From Basidiobolus meristosporus CBS 931.73 (lineage: Eukaryota; Fungi; Basidiobolomycota), in contig MCFE01000220.1 in the NCBI GenBank assembly GCA_002104905.1, forward strand, positions 1 to 64,000: a DNA stretch of 64,000 nt, given 5' to 3'. Made by a program: the position numbers and the translations under genes. Shown here piece after piece: positions 1-11,027 of this stretch. Each line of letters opens with the position of its first letter. Positions within the stretch are counted from its first letter, which is position 1. The notes under the pieces are model-generated. The model was not told the origin of the DNA and searched no databases. It saw nothing but the letters and a program-made list of their open reading frames with translations.

Positions 1-127
1 AGGGATAGGAGGGAGGGCATGTGGGGGAATCATAGGGAGGATACAGGGGGACTTTGGGTAGGACTCTGGGGAGTACTCTTGGGCAAAAAGTGGGTACTGC
101 ATTTAGTACTCACACATTCCACTCTTT

Positions 128-407
128 GTGCCATTCTCTCTGGAAAAAGAACTCCTCAAAAGATTTACCAGCTTGTTGAAAAACTCTCCTTCCCTTCAAG
201 TCACAAACTTCCTCAAGAAATACTACAGTGAACAAGCAGTCTTGCTACACTCTCCTCTAGACTTTGATATTGAGGATATTTGGGATACAGCAAAGTCCAA
301 GTTTATCTTGTAGGCTTCCTGCATCTCAGATATTCATATGCAAACTTGGCTTCTTTATTTATTATTTAAATAAAGATTTCACCCTTTGGTGATGATCATC
401 CCCCTAA
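128..407 (+). mobile_element. 3' end of a degenerate ORF1-like retroelement (unit 1): ORF C-terminus plus double-hairpin terminus
   Basis: ORF end LKRFTSLLKNSPSLQVTNFL...HSPLDFDIEDIWDTA* is homologous to the decayed frame at ~1650-1810. It is followed by GGCTTCTTTATTT..AAATAAAGATTTCACC..GGTGA..CCCCTAA, which recurs twice downstream. The region is CpG-depleted. Confidence 0.5.
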
Positions 408-419
408 CAACAACTTGCA

Positions 420-1935
420 CTAGTTCAACAGCATCCACTTGGATGGGTTGTAAATGCCTCTGTATATCACTCAAAACAGTACTGTAGGCTCATTCAGAGT
501 CTTTGTGGTATAGAGGCATACCTGACAGATTTGAGACTCTTGGGATTAGATTTGGTATGCAATATGCTAAGTCCTTCCTTAAAAATCCATTACAAGGCTT
601 AGTAAATATCATGAAGTCTCAAAAGTAGCTACAACTTCAGACTCTTTAATTGTGCAAGATATACACAAGCCAGAAGGCTACAAAAAGTTCCTAGCTCACA
701 ATGCTGGTCTTTCTTCTAATTGTCAAGTACTATTTGCCCTTGCAATGGCTGAGAGAAAGGTTTACAACATCTCAAGAACCACTAGGCCCAGCAACAGAGT
801 GGGATTGATTGCAGTAAGTAGTTGCCATGCACATAGTCCTGCAGATGTCTCATTATATATGAAAGAAACATTCATTGCATTTCAAGCTATCAAATGGAGA
901 TATTTTTGGGATCCAAATATCCTAAATGTCAGAAATACTTTCACTACACTCATGCTGACAAATGCTTTGGATTCAAGGTTACTGATGCACTATTTCAATT
1001 TCATAGCCAAAATGCTTTGAAATTAAGACTTTCAACTTTGATACCAGCATTTGGGCCAGATTATTATAGATAAGACTTTAGTGAATGCCATCCCTTCCCA
1101 AGTCTGAAGTGCATCCCATATTGACTCCAATTACTCCCTGTTTTTGCATGTTACAAGGATACTATCTTAATTGTTGAGCTCTGGATATGAACTTCCCATT
1201 ATAGTGCCTGTAAACTTAACTCTAACTCTTCCTGTCAACAAGACTCCCCAAGAATCATCTGCTTGTGCTCACTCTTCCTACTCTGAAGCTGTCAAAAAGT
1301 CTGTTCCTGCTTCCTCAAGATATCCTGCTGCACCTCCCACAACCAAAAGAAAGTTTCCTGCTACTTCTGATTTGCCTCCTGCTACTGACTGGGCTGTCTG
1401 CTACTTTGCCAATGTGGAGTCTATTCCTATTTCTGAGCATAGGATGTATCTCAGGCAATAAGGTTACAATTTGTCAAAGACTGTTAACATGAGATTTATC
1501 AACTATCACACTCTGGAGGTAGTACTTGACAAAAGTATTGCTAAAGAATTCTCTCAAAATGTCTCTGACTGTTTTTCTGGGAACCTACTGACCATGCCTT
1601 TAAAGAGTTTCCTGATTCTCCAGTTTACAAGACCTAGTCACTAGAGAAATCTCTGCTCTCAAGATTCACTTTATTTATCAAAAACTCCCCATCTCCTGCT
1701 GTTACCCACTTCCTATAAGATTATTTTATCTCTCAAGCTTATCACTTCACTCCCCCATGAATCTGAACTCCAGTGTACTCTGGGATACTGCCTTAACTTT
1801 AGCGTAGATTTATTCATATTCAATTTGTGTTTGCTTTGGGAATCTTCTATTCCCAGCTGGCTTCTTTATTTGTAGTTAGACTTGTCTGAAATTAAATAAA
1901 GATTTCACCTACCTTGGTGACTTACCCTCCCCTAA
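420..1935 (+). mobile_element. Degenerate element (unit 2) encoding a gag/LINE ORF1-like protein, ending in the same double-hairpin terminus
   Basis: Broken frame SYSEAVKK...VCYFANVESIPISEHRMYLRQ*GYNLSKTVNMRFINYHTLEVVLD...LSRFTLFIKNSPSPAVTHFL...HSPMNLNSSVLWDTA resembles ORF1 proteins of early-diverging fungal retroelements (from recall, not searched). It has stops and frameshifts; terminus at 1859-1935. The 5' boundary is approximate. Confidence 0.45.
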
Positions 1936-2162
1936 CCCTTTGGCAGCAATATTTGAAACAGCACACTCCCTTTATGATGAATATCAATCCTGATCACATT
2001 CCCTTCATCAATGTTGTTCACAAATCGTTCTTACCTCTCTTGCTCCCCCCTTCCCACTGAACAGCATCTTGAGTACAGAGGAACTACCATGTCTCCTTAT
2101 TCACTTACCTACAAGTTCCCCTCAGCCATGCACTCTTGTATCAAAGCTATAACAGTAGTGCT

Positions 2163-2221
2163 GGCTTCTTTGTTTCAACTGAAATAAAGATTTCACCTGT
2201 TGGTGACTGTCTCCCCCCTAA
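2163..2221 (+). repeat. Third copy of the double-hairpin terminus, abutting the truncated copia integrase
   Basis: TCTTTGTTTCA-AC-TGAAATAAAGA stem, then TCACC-TGTT-GGTGA stem, then CCCCCCTAA. Confidence 0.7.
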
Positions 2222-3644
2222 GATTAGCCCAAAGCTCCTGAATGGCTGCCTGGCTTGTTTCCCATATATGCAGGCTTCACAGTACTCCAAATTTGCTGGG
2301 GGATCAACTTTTACACCAGAAATTAGCTGATCTTTGATCATTTTGCGCAAATAATCAGAATTGATATGCCCAAATCTCCCGTGTCAAAGCATTGGTGTTT
2401 CTTCATTTGAGTTATGTATATTGGCTTCCAGATACAATGGAATATAAGTCAACTTGTAAAGATTCTGATCACTGATACACAAAGCAATATGGGCACCATT
2501 TTGAGCAGTGATCCTGCATCTATAATTGTCAAAACTGAAACTGAGTCCTTCTGCTGTGGCAGGACCTACAGATAGTAGGTCCTTGGCTATGTCTGGTACA
2601 TAAAGTACTTCTCTAAAGGTCAGTGTATGGCTTCCTTGATGGCTTCTTAGGTTTACTTGGCTAGTTCCTTCTCCCACTGCATCAAGTGTTCTATTGTCAC
2701 CCATGAAAACCTTCTTATTTGAATCTTCTTGATATTGGGTAAAAAGTGCTTTTTGGTGTGTAAAGTGTTGAGATGCCCCAGAGTTAATATGCCATGTCTG
2801 AGAATCCTTGTTTGTGGTCATATTTAGTGCAGATATGAATAGTCTATCTTCAGTTGTTGCATCATTTCCATGTTCAGGCTTTTTCTGCTGATTATCTCTC
2901 TTTTCAAAGAACCAGTTTGATTTGTGTCCTTTCCTTTTGAAGTAGTTACAAAACAGGTTGCTACTGCCTTTAAAAGGTCTTGGGTATCTCCTTAGTTGGT
3001 TATCACTGCTTATTAAAGCCTTTTCTTCTTCCTTCTCATTGGCACTTGATTTTCTTAATTCTTCATCTAGGAGCCTTCCATATACATAATTTAAGGTCAA
3101 ATCTTCAGTTCTGGACTCTAGGGCTGATACAAGGCCCTGAAACGTGTCTTTCAGGCTATTCAGGATGGTAAATATCACATCCTCATCAGTAGTTGATATG
3201 CCCACAGATTCCATCACATCTGCCAGCAGGGTAATTCTGTTAATTAGATTTTTCATTTCTTCTCCTAGCTGCATCTTTGTGGTGAAGAATTTTTGTCTCA
3301 GATACATTTTCTTAGCAGCTGAACATGACTGGTAGGTGTCTTCTAATGCCTTCCAGGTATTCTTTGCTGTTTTTGCTCTTGAGCATTGAATTAGCAGTTT
3401 GTCTTTAACATTAAGGCAAATACAGTTATAGGTACTTTGTTCTTTCTTCTGGTACCTTAAGGCTTCTGCTCCCACATTTTCAGGAGGGCATTCTTCTCCC
3501 ATGACAATATCCCAAAGGCCTCTTTCTTGTAGCATTATCTTCATCTTCACCATCCACACTTGGTAGTTAGATCCATCCAACTTTTCAGCAGAGGGAAAAA
3601 TTCCAGTAATAGTGGTAGTAGACATTGCAGAGAGTGACAGCTTG

Positions 3645-3656
3645 GGGCTCATAACC
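3645..3656 (-). promoter_or_regulatory. Primer-binding site GGTTATGAGCCC (copia-type)
   Basis: Immediately after the LTR-terminal CA; matches the GGTTATGRGCCC PBS typical of copia elements. Confidence 0.8.
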
Positions 3657-4005
3657 TGTTATAAGAGTCTTGAAGATATTGGAAGTGATTGGGAGGACAA
3701 GTAGATTATGTGGCTTTCACTTAATTATTTATTGAATGTAAAAGTAGTATTTATACTTTTACATGATCTTGGCATTACAAGCATGTGGGATAGGCTCAAA
3801 AAGATCCCAGGAACATGTGTGCAAAGTTTGGGGCTGTTTGGACAACTTTGAGAATTTTCATGTTCTGGGTACCTGGTACTCTGGTGAATATATTCTAAGT
3901 AAATCCCAACAAGGAATTTGGTCAGTATTCTCTAGGATTTGAAGGCAATTATCTAAGTGACTAAGTTAGGTGAGTATTTAGGTGGAATTAAGAACTTTTA
4001 CAACA
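3657..4005 (-). repeat. 5' LTR of the copia element (349 bp, TGTT...AACA termini)
   Basis: Inverted TGTT/AACA ends, directly followed by the PBS. Its outer part recurs inverted at 63886-64000 and its inner part at ~63480-63560. It contains an 11-bp inverted repeat at 3736-3764. Confidence 0.85.
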
Positions 4006-4750
4006 GCAAAGAACATTGAAAAAAATTGCACCCCAGATTTACATAATAATTGGTCAAAATCTTTCATCATTAAAATAAACAAGTGGCTTTTAATTGGTTC
4101 TCTACCAATTATCTCACTCTCTGATCCCAGACACTCAGTCACCTCCTATGTTTGTGTATATTGATTGGCTGTCACCTCTTTTTCACACTCCTTACTTCCT
4201 GACTCAACCAATGCTCTTACTTTTCATGCATACAAATTGGTTTATTTCTGTTGAAACTTCAGTTGTAGCTCAATTGCCAATTGTACTGATCAATACAAGT
4301 CCCTCACCTAACACTAACATTAAGCCCAACCCCACACTCAACAAGTAACTCCACTAAAATCCACCACTCAATTAGTATTTCTGCTGTAATGCCCTTTTTC
4401 CATAATTTTGGCAGGAACCCTATAGCTTTATGCCATTGTTCATTCACTGGTTCCCATACATCCTGGTCTTCAGCCAGCACTGCAAGGTCTAGCACTTCAT
4501 CTGCCAGCAATAATAATAATAATAAAACCCAGATCCCCAGGCATGTAATTCTAGTGCTCATATCAATTGTCTGGATGGATTTGATTGTGAGCCAGACTAC
4601 CCAGGATGCGTTGGTGGGAGTGGTACATGTTTGCATGGGCAATCCAGAGCCATGGATATGAAATCCTAGCGCCCACATCAAGATGGATCACACTGGGCTG
4701 GCAAAAGCAGAATTAGTGTTTGTGACAGTGAGTATTAGTAAATACCATAT
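4006..4750. mobile_element. Unclassified CpG-depleted TE relic
   Basis: Near-absence of CpG continues beyond the LTR. A possible decayed CCHC knuckle lies on the minus strand near 4390-4425. Confidence 0.3.
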
Positions 4751-5168
4751 GCTTAATGATCACTCTATATTGCACGGGAAGGCGTTTTTGGCTGAACAAG
4801 AGATGTATCGTGTTGATTTAACTTTTCCAATGCATAGCTTTCTTTTTTTTTAATGACAAATTTATTGGAAAACTAATAACAAGCGGCTGAAATGGTTGAT
4901 GGAGACTGTTTATTCACGAATCATCCTCCATCTCGAAAACGCTTCATGGCGTGTATTTTATATCGCAGCCCTCATTAATATGACACGTAATTTGCTGAAT
5001 CACAATATCTTGCTTACGTAACGAAGCATTGAAAGAGTATCTAGGAAAATCGCATCAACGGTTAAATGGATATGTTATTCCGAAAGATAGTTGCATCCGC
5101 AGTACTCTTCGTTCAAGTATAAATATTGACATACAACACCTTTTCGCATTATATAGCAAACCTACATA

Positions 5169-6320
5169 ATGTCAGAAATTTTTGGGCCTGCACCCGAGCC
5201 TTCCACTGAGTTAGGACGCTACCGCATCCTTTCTTCCACCGCTGGTATTCGTGTTTCACCACTACAACTTGGAGCAATGTCCATTGGTGACGCGTGGTCT
5301 GACTTCATGGGCTCCATGGACAAGGCGGCGGCATTCAAAATGCTTGACGCTTACTATGATGCTGGAGGAAACTTCATTGATACCGCCAATAATTACCAGT
5401 CGGAGCAGTCCGAGACTTGGATTGGTGAATGGATGGCCCAGCGCCAAAACCGAGATCAGATTGTAATTGCAACCAAATACACCACTTACTACAAAGCCCA
5501 CGAACTGGGCAAGGGAAAGGCACCAAACCACTGCGGAAACCACAAAAGAAGTTTGCACATGAGTGTCCGTGACTCCATGCGTAAGCTACAGACAGATTGG
5601 ATTGATATTTTGTATGTTCACTGGTGGGATCATACAACTTCGATTGAAGAAGTCATGGACAGTCTCCATATCCTTGTGCAACAAGGCAAGGTCTTGTATC
5701 TTGGTATCTCAGATACCCCAGCATGGATTGTGAGTGCAGCCAACTACTATGCTCGTACCCATGGCAAGACGCCATTCAGTATTTACCAGGGCCGATGGAA
5801 TGTTCTGCGGAGGGACTTCGAGCGTGAGATCATCCCCATGGCACGTCACTTTGGCATGGCTCTAGCTCCTTGGGATGTGCTAGGTGGAGGGAAGTTCCAG
5901 ACTAAAGACGCAATTGCCGAACGTAAGAAGAGAGGAGAAGGCCTCCGAAGCATGTTTGGCGGAGAGCAGAGCGAAGAGGAGGAAAAAATTAGTGCTGCAC
6001 TGGAAAAAGTAGCATCAGAGCATGGTATCAAGTCATTAACTGCCATTGCTATCGCATACGTTATGGCTAAGGCCCCACGGGTTTTCCCGCTGGTTGGTGG
6101 GAGAAAAGTGGAGCATCTTGAGGACAATATCCGAGCATTGAGCATCAAGCTGACCAGTGAGCAGATTGAATTCTTGGAAAGCGTTGTTCCATTTGAGCCA
6201 GGATTTCCAAACAATCTCATTGGACCTGACCCGAAGGTTACTGGCGAATTTACTGGTCCTACCGCAAGCAGTGCCCATTTGGTGATTGAACAGGATGCAA
6301 AGCCTATCGGTCACGCTTAA
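5169..6320 (+). CDS. AAD: Aryl-alcohol dehydrogenase (aldo-keto reductase, AAD14/norsolorinic acid reductase family), intronless
   Basis: [51 protein letters not shown] and [15 protein letters not shown] align closely with yeast Aad proteins. TATAAAT at ~5119. Confidence 0.93.
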   Translation: MSEIFGPAPEPSTELGRYRILSSTAGIRVSPLQLGAMSIGDAWSDFMGSMDKAAAFKMLDAYYDAGGNFIDTANNYQSEQSETWIGEWMAQRQNRDQIVIATKYTTYYKAHELGKGKAPNHCGNHKRSLHMSVRDSMRKLQTDWIDILYVHWWDHTTSIEEVMDSLHILVQQGKVLYLGISDTPAWIVSAANYYARTHGKTPFSIYQGRWNVLRRDFEREIIPMARHFGMALAPWDVLGGGKFQTKDAIAERKKRGEGLRSMFGGEQSEEEEKISAALEKVASEHGIKSLTAIAIAYVMAKAPRVFPLVGGRKVEHLEDNIRALSIKLTSEQIEFLESVVPFEPGFPNNLIGPDPKVTGEFTGPTASSAHLVIEQDAKPIGHA

Positions 6321-6614
6321 TTCCGACTTTATTTCACTGGACTGGCAATTATGTCTTGGTGGCTCAAAAATCCATGCAGAATAAAATCATTCTTGTCAGT
6401 TAAGGTTCTTGATCCAGTCAAAACGATTAGATTGACCATATAAGACGCAATCTCGATTGATATGTACAGTCCGGAGCAGGGATCGGAAATGGTCATTGGT
6501 ATTACCGGGTATACGTCACTCGAACGCCAGTCGATTAATTAATTGATTAACACGAATACTACGGAATTATGGCATTCACCAGATAATGATAATTTATTCT
6601 CGAGTGGAGTGTCA

Positions 6615-6800
6615 TTAGCAAGCCCCCATGTCAGGTGTCTCGCCTTGGGTCCACCACTAGGCGCGCCAAAGATGACCATAGTATGTAACTCTCTGAGACT
6701 CGTTGTAACTAGCACCATTTCCAGGAACATTAGTTCCAGTTGGCTTGGTGGGGCAGTAGTGGTAGGGTCAGGACCACCGTCAGTGATGGCAACCCTAATC
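6615..6800 (-). pseudogene. Decayed CBM5/12 (ChtBD3) chitin-binding module with Pro/Thr linker
   Basis: The minus strand reads GGPDPTTTAPP, then (frameshift) GASYNESQRVTYYGHLWRA*WWTQGETPDMGA*, matching the VxYxGxxWxAKWWTQGExP signature with in-frame stops. Confidence 0.55.
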
Positions 6801-7130
6801 TTCAAAATAATCTCTGTGCTACAGCTGTTTCCCAGATGTCCAACTACTTTTCCAATTGCCTCGAATAATTGCAAAATGCCAGATTTCAATGGGCAAATTC
6901 GTGATTGATGATCGAAAACTCATGTTGGAATTAGTTAGTTCAATTTGGTTGCATTTAAGCCTGTTCCATCGAGCTTTCCAATACTGATTACAGATGATTT
7001 GGCAGTAAGTTTATTAATATATAAGATGTGGCATGGCTAATCAAGTGATTTTGCGCTCATCCATATATGTACTATCTAGAAGTACCCTACTTTGCCAAGA
7101 AATCTTCAAACGCATGCCAAAGCAATCTTG

Positions 7131-8108
7131 CTACGTGCTCGTGTTTGAGCACAGCAAGTAACTCAGACTCGAGCCGTACGTTTTGCCACTTTGAATACTC
7201 AATTTCCGGAATCGATTTCTAGGCTGTTCGTAGAATTCGATCTGATGAGCGGTCTGGGAATGCATGGGACCCGAACAGGAATATTGATTGATGGTCGTAG
7301 CATGCGTTGTATCGGGGCGACGGATGATCATCTCCACGTTAGCTCCCGAAAACTTGTGCTTTAAGGGAGCAATCAGGTCGGCAGAAGATATACTTTTGTT
7401 TATGTAACAAGCATCCTTGAATTCTACCGAACTGTAGACCATAGGAGAAGATTCTTCTGAGGCGGTAGGGGTCGAAGGTGGCGACCAGGACTGATATATA
7501 GAGTCATCCACGCTGGAAACTGGAGAATCGAGCTGCTCAGCAGCCATCGAAGTTTGTGGAATATCCAGTGCTGGCTCTTTCTTGTTTAGCAGACAATCGG
7601 CAAAATATTGAAGCTCTTCAGAGTCGATGTTCAGATTGAATTCGGTCAATTTAAGGAATTGAAGCTCCAGCGAATTCAGTTCTGAGGCAGCCAAACCGCC
7701 AACTTTGGCGTATCTGGTGTTGGTATAGAAAATATCGGAGAAAAATTTGGTAGCTATCACGAAAGCGACTATGATGAGCCTGTGGATGTTGTATGGGTCG
7801 ATGACAAGGCCTTGTTCGTTCTTGTCGCGGCATTTGCTCCGTATCCGCTCGAGATAGACTACAACGGCAATTAAACAGTCATTGGTGCTAGGGCAGTACT
7901 TGAGGATTCGCGTAAGGTAGGCGTGAACATCAATGGAAGGAATCTTGCGAGCGTGGAATGGTGTATTGACAGTGCGGCGTGTGTTGGCACCATTGTCAAG
8001 GCAAATGTATAGACTTTCCTCAGTTGAACGGGCGACTTGGCCAAGATATTCGGCGACGAGGGTGATTGTGTCAGTGACAGGGAACTTTACAAAATCGAAA
8101 GAGGGCAT
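7131..8108 (-). CDS. Pho80/PCL-family cyclin
   Basis: FHARKIPSIDVHAYLTRILKYCP and NIHRLIIVAFVIATKFFSDIFYTNTRYAKVGGL..ELNSLELQFL match the Pho80-type cyclin box. ATG taken at MPSFDF. Confidence 0.9.
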   Translation of the reverse strand: MPSFDFVKFPVTDTITLVAEYLGQVARSTEESLYICLDNGANTRRTVNTPFHARKIPSIDVHAYLTRILKYCPSTNDCLIAVVVYLERIRSKCRDKNEQGLVIDPYNIHRLIIVAFVIATKFFSDIFYTNTRYAKVGGLAASELNSLELQFLKLTEFNLNIDSEELQYFADCLLNKKEPALDIPQTSMAAEQLDSPVSSVDDSIYQSWSPPSTPTASEESSPMVYSSVEFKDACYINKSISSADLIAPLKHKFSGANVEMIIRRPDTTHATTINQYSCSGPMHSQTAHQIEFYEQPRNRFRKLSIQSGKTYGSSLSYLLCSNTST

Positions 8109-8926
8109 ATTTACAGAGAATTGGGTTACAAGAGTGATATGTACAGTACACTCGGGCAATTTCTTGGCAAGAAGCGTAACCCAATAAGTGACAGATAATT
8201 GATAGCTACAGAAGTGGAAACCACTTTGGATAAGGCCTAGTATTTATTCATAACTGAACTCAAAATTCAATGCTACTTTAGGACAGATTTTTCCATTGAT
8301 CCAGACGCCTAATCAGGACCCAATCTAGTATCTTGAGCATTAGGGAATTGATAGTATGGCACCATGTACAAGGCTGAATCCAATTATGCAGGGTTGCAAT
8401 CTCAGTCATTTCCTGTAAATTATGGCTATTTTCCATTCCGGCGGTATGAACCCAATTTCAATGATCCCTGAATATAAATAGATAACATTACTTCTATAAA
8501 TAGGAGCTTCTAGAAAGCCAAATGAGTAGTGATTGATGGGTGATTGGAATTCCAAAAATTAATTGACCAAGTTTTGATGAGCGTTTTAATCAAGCAATTT
8601 AGTAAATCAACCTGGATCTTCATGGTATGGGTCATCCAAAGGCTGGGGGTGGTTGGGGTTGTCCGTGTGTGGTACAGTAATTTCGCCTCACTCTTCTTGA
8701 TTATTTAATTGTCAATGTAGCCATAACAAATGTGGGTGAACTTTTTTTTGGTCAGTGCTGTACGAGCTTAAGTTGATGAACTGATTCTTGTGAGCCAATC
8801 AACATATGCTAATGATTATTATTCAAAATACCCTCGTCACGAACCACTTACTTTGTATTATAAAAGAGTGCAAGGCTGTTGACGAAAAACCACCACTCTG
8901 GTGTCTTTTACCTTCATCCAAGAGCA

Positions 8927-10435
8927 ATGGCTACTTCTACCTGGGCTTCCTTCACTTCCGGCGAATCTGGCGCTTATGTCAAGATCACCACCACCGAGCT
9001 TCTCAACAAGTTCATTGATGAGATCTCATCCAATGATGCTTTTGCCAAGGCCTTGAAAGGTCTTGATGTCAGCCCCTTGTTTATGCATCAAATCCAATCC
9101 TCTGAAGATGAGGAGGAGGATTTACAAATCCATGAATGCAATGCCGAGGGCAGTAATGCTTGTCTCTTCAATGACTCCCAGCTAACCACCGTCATTGAGA
9201 AATGCTCGAACCTCGAGGTTTTGTGCATTGGTTATGGCCCTCAAATCATCGTTGCCGGTGACTTGATTAACATCTCAGGCCCTGAAGCTGGCATTGATAC
9301 TTCCAACGGACCAGCCTGCCTGTCCGAGGATGTGTTGAAGAGAGTTTCTGAGCTCTCCAAGTTGGAGATCTTGAACTTGTATGGCTGCGATAATCTTAGC
9401 CAAGATATTGTTGCCCAAATTGGCCGCGGTTGCCCTAACCTCAAGCAACTCTGCATTGATGGTGAAGGTGACGATGAGGACGATGATGGTTTTGAAGACA
9501 TCTCCGATGATGAGGAGGCCGTTGAAGGCGAAGAAGCTGAAGATAAGGTAGCTGAGGAGGAAGTTGTAGAAGAAGAGGAAGAGAGACCTTGGACTGTTGA
9601 AGACTGGAAAGCCTTCCAAAACCTCGAGGTCCTGTCTGCTGACAGCGTTGAGCTTGCCGTCGTTGCTGATCTCCCCAAGCTTACCCATGTTCAGATCTAT
9701 CCATTCGCTGAGCCAGATGTCTTGAAGAAGTTCATTGAAAGTCATGCTGATAGCCTCCGTTACATCAATGTTGCCGAGGAATATGATTACGAAGATGCTG
9801 ATGAAGTTTCAGTGTCCCATGCTCGTATGCCGTCAGAAATTTTCAAGTGCGCCAAGCTCGAGTCCTTCAACACTGATGTCTTTGACTACAAAGAAGCCAG
9901 AGCTGACGGATTCCTCACCAAGGTTATTGAATCATTCCCCAACTTGAAGCACTTGGAAATCGCTGCTGATGTCGAAGTTGCCAGTACCGCTCAAATCGTT
10001 GCTTCCAAACTAACCAACCTCGAGACCCTCGTCTGGGAATCGGAGTCGGTTGGCGATGAAGCAGTTGAAACCATTGTCAAGGCTCTTACCAACCTCCGTA
10101 ACTTGCAACTCTCCTTCAGCGAGAAGTTGAGTGAATCTACTGTTGGCCTTATTGCCGAGGGTTTGAAGAACCTCGAACAAATCAACGTCAACACCATCAC
10201 CCCTGCTGGTTTCGAAGTTTTCAAGAACAACTGCCCTCATTTGTCCGAGATTGGGGTCATCCAAGGTGAGAACCTTACCAAGGAACACCTTGCCAACATC
10301 AACGAGAAGCTTCCTAACTTGCGTAGCGTCTGTGTCGGAGGAGAGATCCCCGAAGAGATGCTTGATGCCCTCATGAATGTTGTTCCTGATGTTGAATATA
10401 ACATTGAAGGATTAGATGAGTCCGATGAGGAATAG
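8927..10435 (+). CDS. Acidic RNI-like leucine-rich-repeat protein, paralog 1
   Basis: Repeated LxxLxL/CPNLKQL/FPNLKHL motifs and D/E tracts; intronless. The start MATSTW aligns with the paralogs' starts. Confidence 0.8.
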   Translation: MATSTWASFTSGESGAYVKITTTELLNKFIDEISSNDAFAKALKGLDVSPLFMHQIQSSEDEEEDLQIHECNAEGSNACLFNDSQLTTVIEKCSNLEVLCIGYGPQIIVAGDLINISGPEAGIDTSNGPACLSEDVLKRVSELSKLEILNLYGCDNLSQDIVAQIGRGCPNLKQLCIDGEGDDEDDDGFEDISDDEEAVEGEEAEDKVAEEEVVEEEEERPWTVEDWKAFQNLEVLSADSVELAVVADLPKLTHVQIYPFAEPDVLKKFIESHADSLRYINVAEEYDYEDADEVSVSHARMPSEIFKCAKLESFNTDVFDYKEARADGFLTKVIESFPNLKHLEIAADVEVASTAQIVASKLTNLETLVWESESVGDEAVETIVKALTNLRNLQLSFSEKLSESTVGLIAEGLKNLEQINVNTITPAGFEVFKNNCPHLSEIGVIQGENLTKEHLANINEKLPNLRSVCVGGEIPEEMLDALMNVVPDVEYNIEGLDESDEE

Positions 10436-10968
10436 ATACTAGAGTAGACCGTTAATAACACATGACATATAGTTAACACTGTAAATTAGTGACATCTAAC
10501 CAGATGCGCAATGACCATTTATTAATTGGGCTATATTAGACCATAATCATAGCATGTACTCCTAATACCAAAATAAACCATCTAAAATGCAAGCTTCATA
10601 AAGATAACTGAGAAAGCAGTGTCGGGTGTTGTTGTTCGTGGATCCTCATCTCTAGCTAGTGTGTGGTAACGGAAATGCTATAATATACGCTAACTTTCAT
10701 GGAAAACACAGGAATTCAACAACATATAGAAGATACTGGAATGATTGTGGATCAACATACGACAAAGCTCAGAGCACAAAATTTTGGCTCCACAAGATAC
10801 TCCATTCGGCCAGCATTAATATTAATACATAGTTGTGAGAGGGCACCCTGTTTCAGGCCAATCAAGCATTCCATTATCTATTGGGTTTTGTGGATCAATC
10901 TCACTACGAGGACAGTATAAATGTACCACTGGCCTGCACGGTGTTGTATCATCATCCTTTAGTGGTTG

Positions 10969-11016
10969 ACGAATTGCCCTACGAATTGCCCTACGAATTG
11001 CCCTACGAATTGCCCT
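10969..11016 (+). repeat. Four tandem copies of the 12-mer ACGAATTGCCCT, ending 11 nt before the ATG at 11028
   Basis: Read directly from the sequence. Confidence 0.95.
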
Positions 11017-11027
11017 AATTTCTAAAG

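Larger units (their letters stand above)
2225..4005 (-). mobile_element. Ty1/copia LTR retrotransposon, 3'-truncated and degenerate (gag, zinc knuckle, protease, GAG-pre-integrase)
   Basis: ORF 3652-2384 contains UBN2-type gag (KLDGSNYQVWMVKMKIMLQERGLWDIV), a decayed knuckle (CNYFKRKGH) and protease WHINSGASQH (catalytic D>N). CEACIYGKQARQPF follows at ~2240-2290. No integrase core, RT or RNase H lies in the window. Confidence 0.92.

Noticed and set aside
348-407. Hammerhead ribozyme of a Penelope-like element
   Set aside because: There is no CUGANGA core, and the stem after GAAA does not close on UH on either strand.
1925-1940. Telomere or interstitial telomeric array (CCCTAACCCT)
   Set aside because: Fewer than two full units; kept only as part of the terminus motif.
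10969-11016. CRISPR-like repeat
   Set aside because: Perfect tandem units without spacers, in a eukaryotic context.
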